A DNA stretch of 64,000 bases from Trichoplax sp. H2 (lineage: Eukaryota), in the NCBI GenBank assembly GCA_003344405.1, contig NOWV01000237.1, forward strand, positions 1-64,000, given 5' to 3'. The translations under genes and the position numbers were made by a program. The notes under the pieces were generated by a model, which ran no database searches, was not told the DNA's origin, and saw only the letters and a program-made list of their open reading frames with translations. Positions 63,972-64,000 of this stretch are shown here, piece after piece (within the stretch, counting starts at the first letter, position 1; every line of letters starts with the position of its first letter).

Positions 63972-64000
63972 CTAATGGCGATAAAATAGAATTTTAAAAA

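Overview
This is AT-rich eukaryotic genomic DNA with many short (mostly 70-150 nt) GT-AG introns. It is not prokaryotic. Gene content and style suggest an early-branching animal, most likely a placozoan such as Trichoplax (inference only). I reconstructed nine protein-coding genes by hand-splicing: RABEPK-like kelch protein (+), a large EVC2/limbin-like type-I membrane coiled-coil protein (-), PGM3 (-), RAB28 (+), a TRF/TERF telomere-binding protein with TRFH and telobox Myb domains (+), insulin-degrading enzyme (-), two head-to-head PPP1R3 glycogen-targeting PP1 subunits (-/+), and the 3' part of a CPEB2/3/4-type gene (-). Non-coding features include three unrelated minisatellite arrays, each just upstream of a gene start, several long near-perfect hairpins, dense TACTGTA/TACAGTA motif clusters, an RFX X-box upstream of the EVC2-like gene, and CRE/ACGTG clusters between the PPP1R3 paralogs. 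I found no CRISPR array, rRNA, tRNA or intact transposase. The strongest leads are the apparent ancient IDE-PPP1R3-CPEB (+RAB28/EVC2) linkage, the EVC2-like gene with an enlarged ectodomain, and the promoter-proximal repeat and hairpin architecture. I cannot claim a wholly new system from sequence alone. Exon coordinates are manual and may be off by a few bases.
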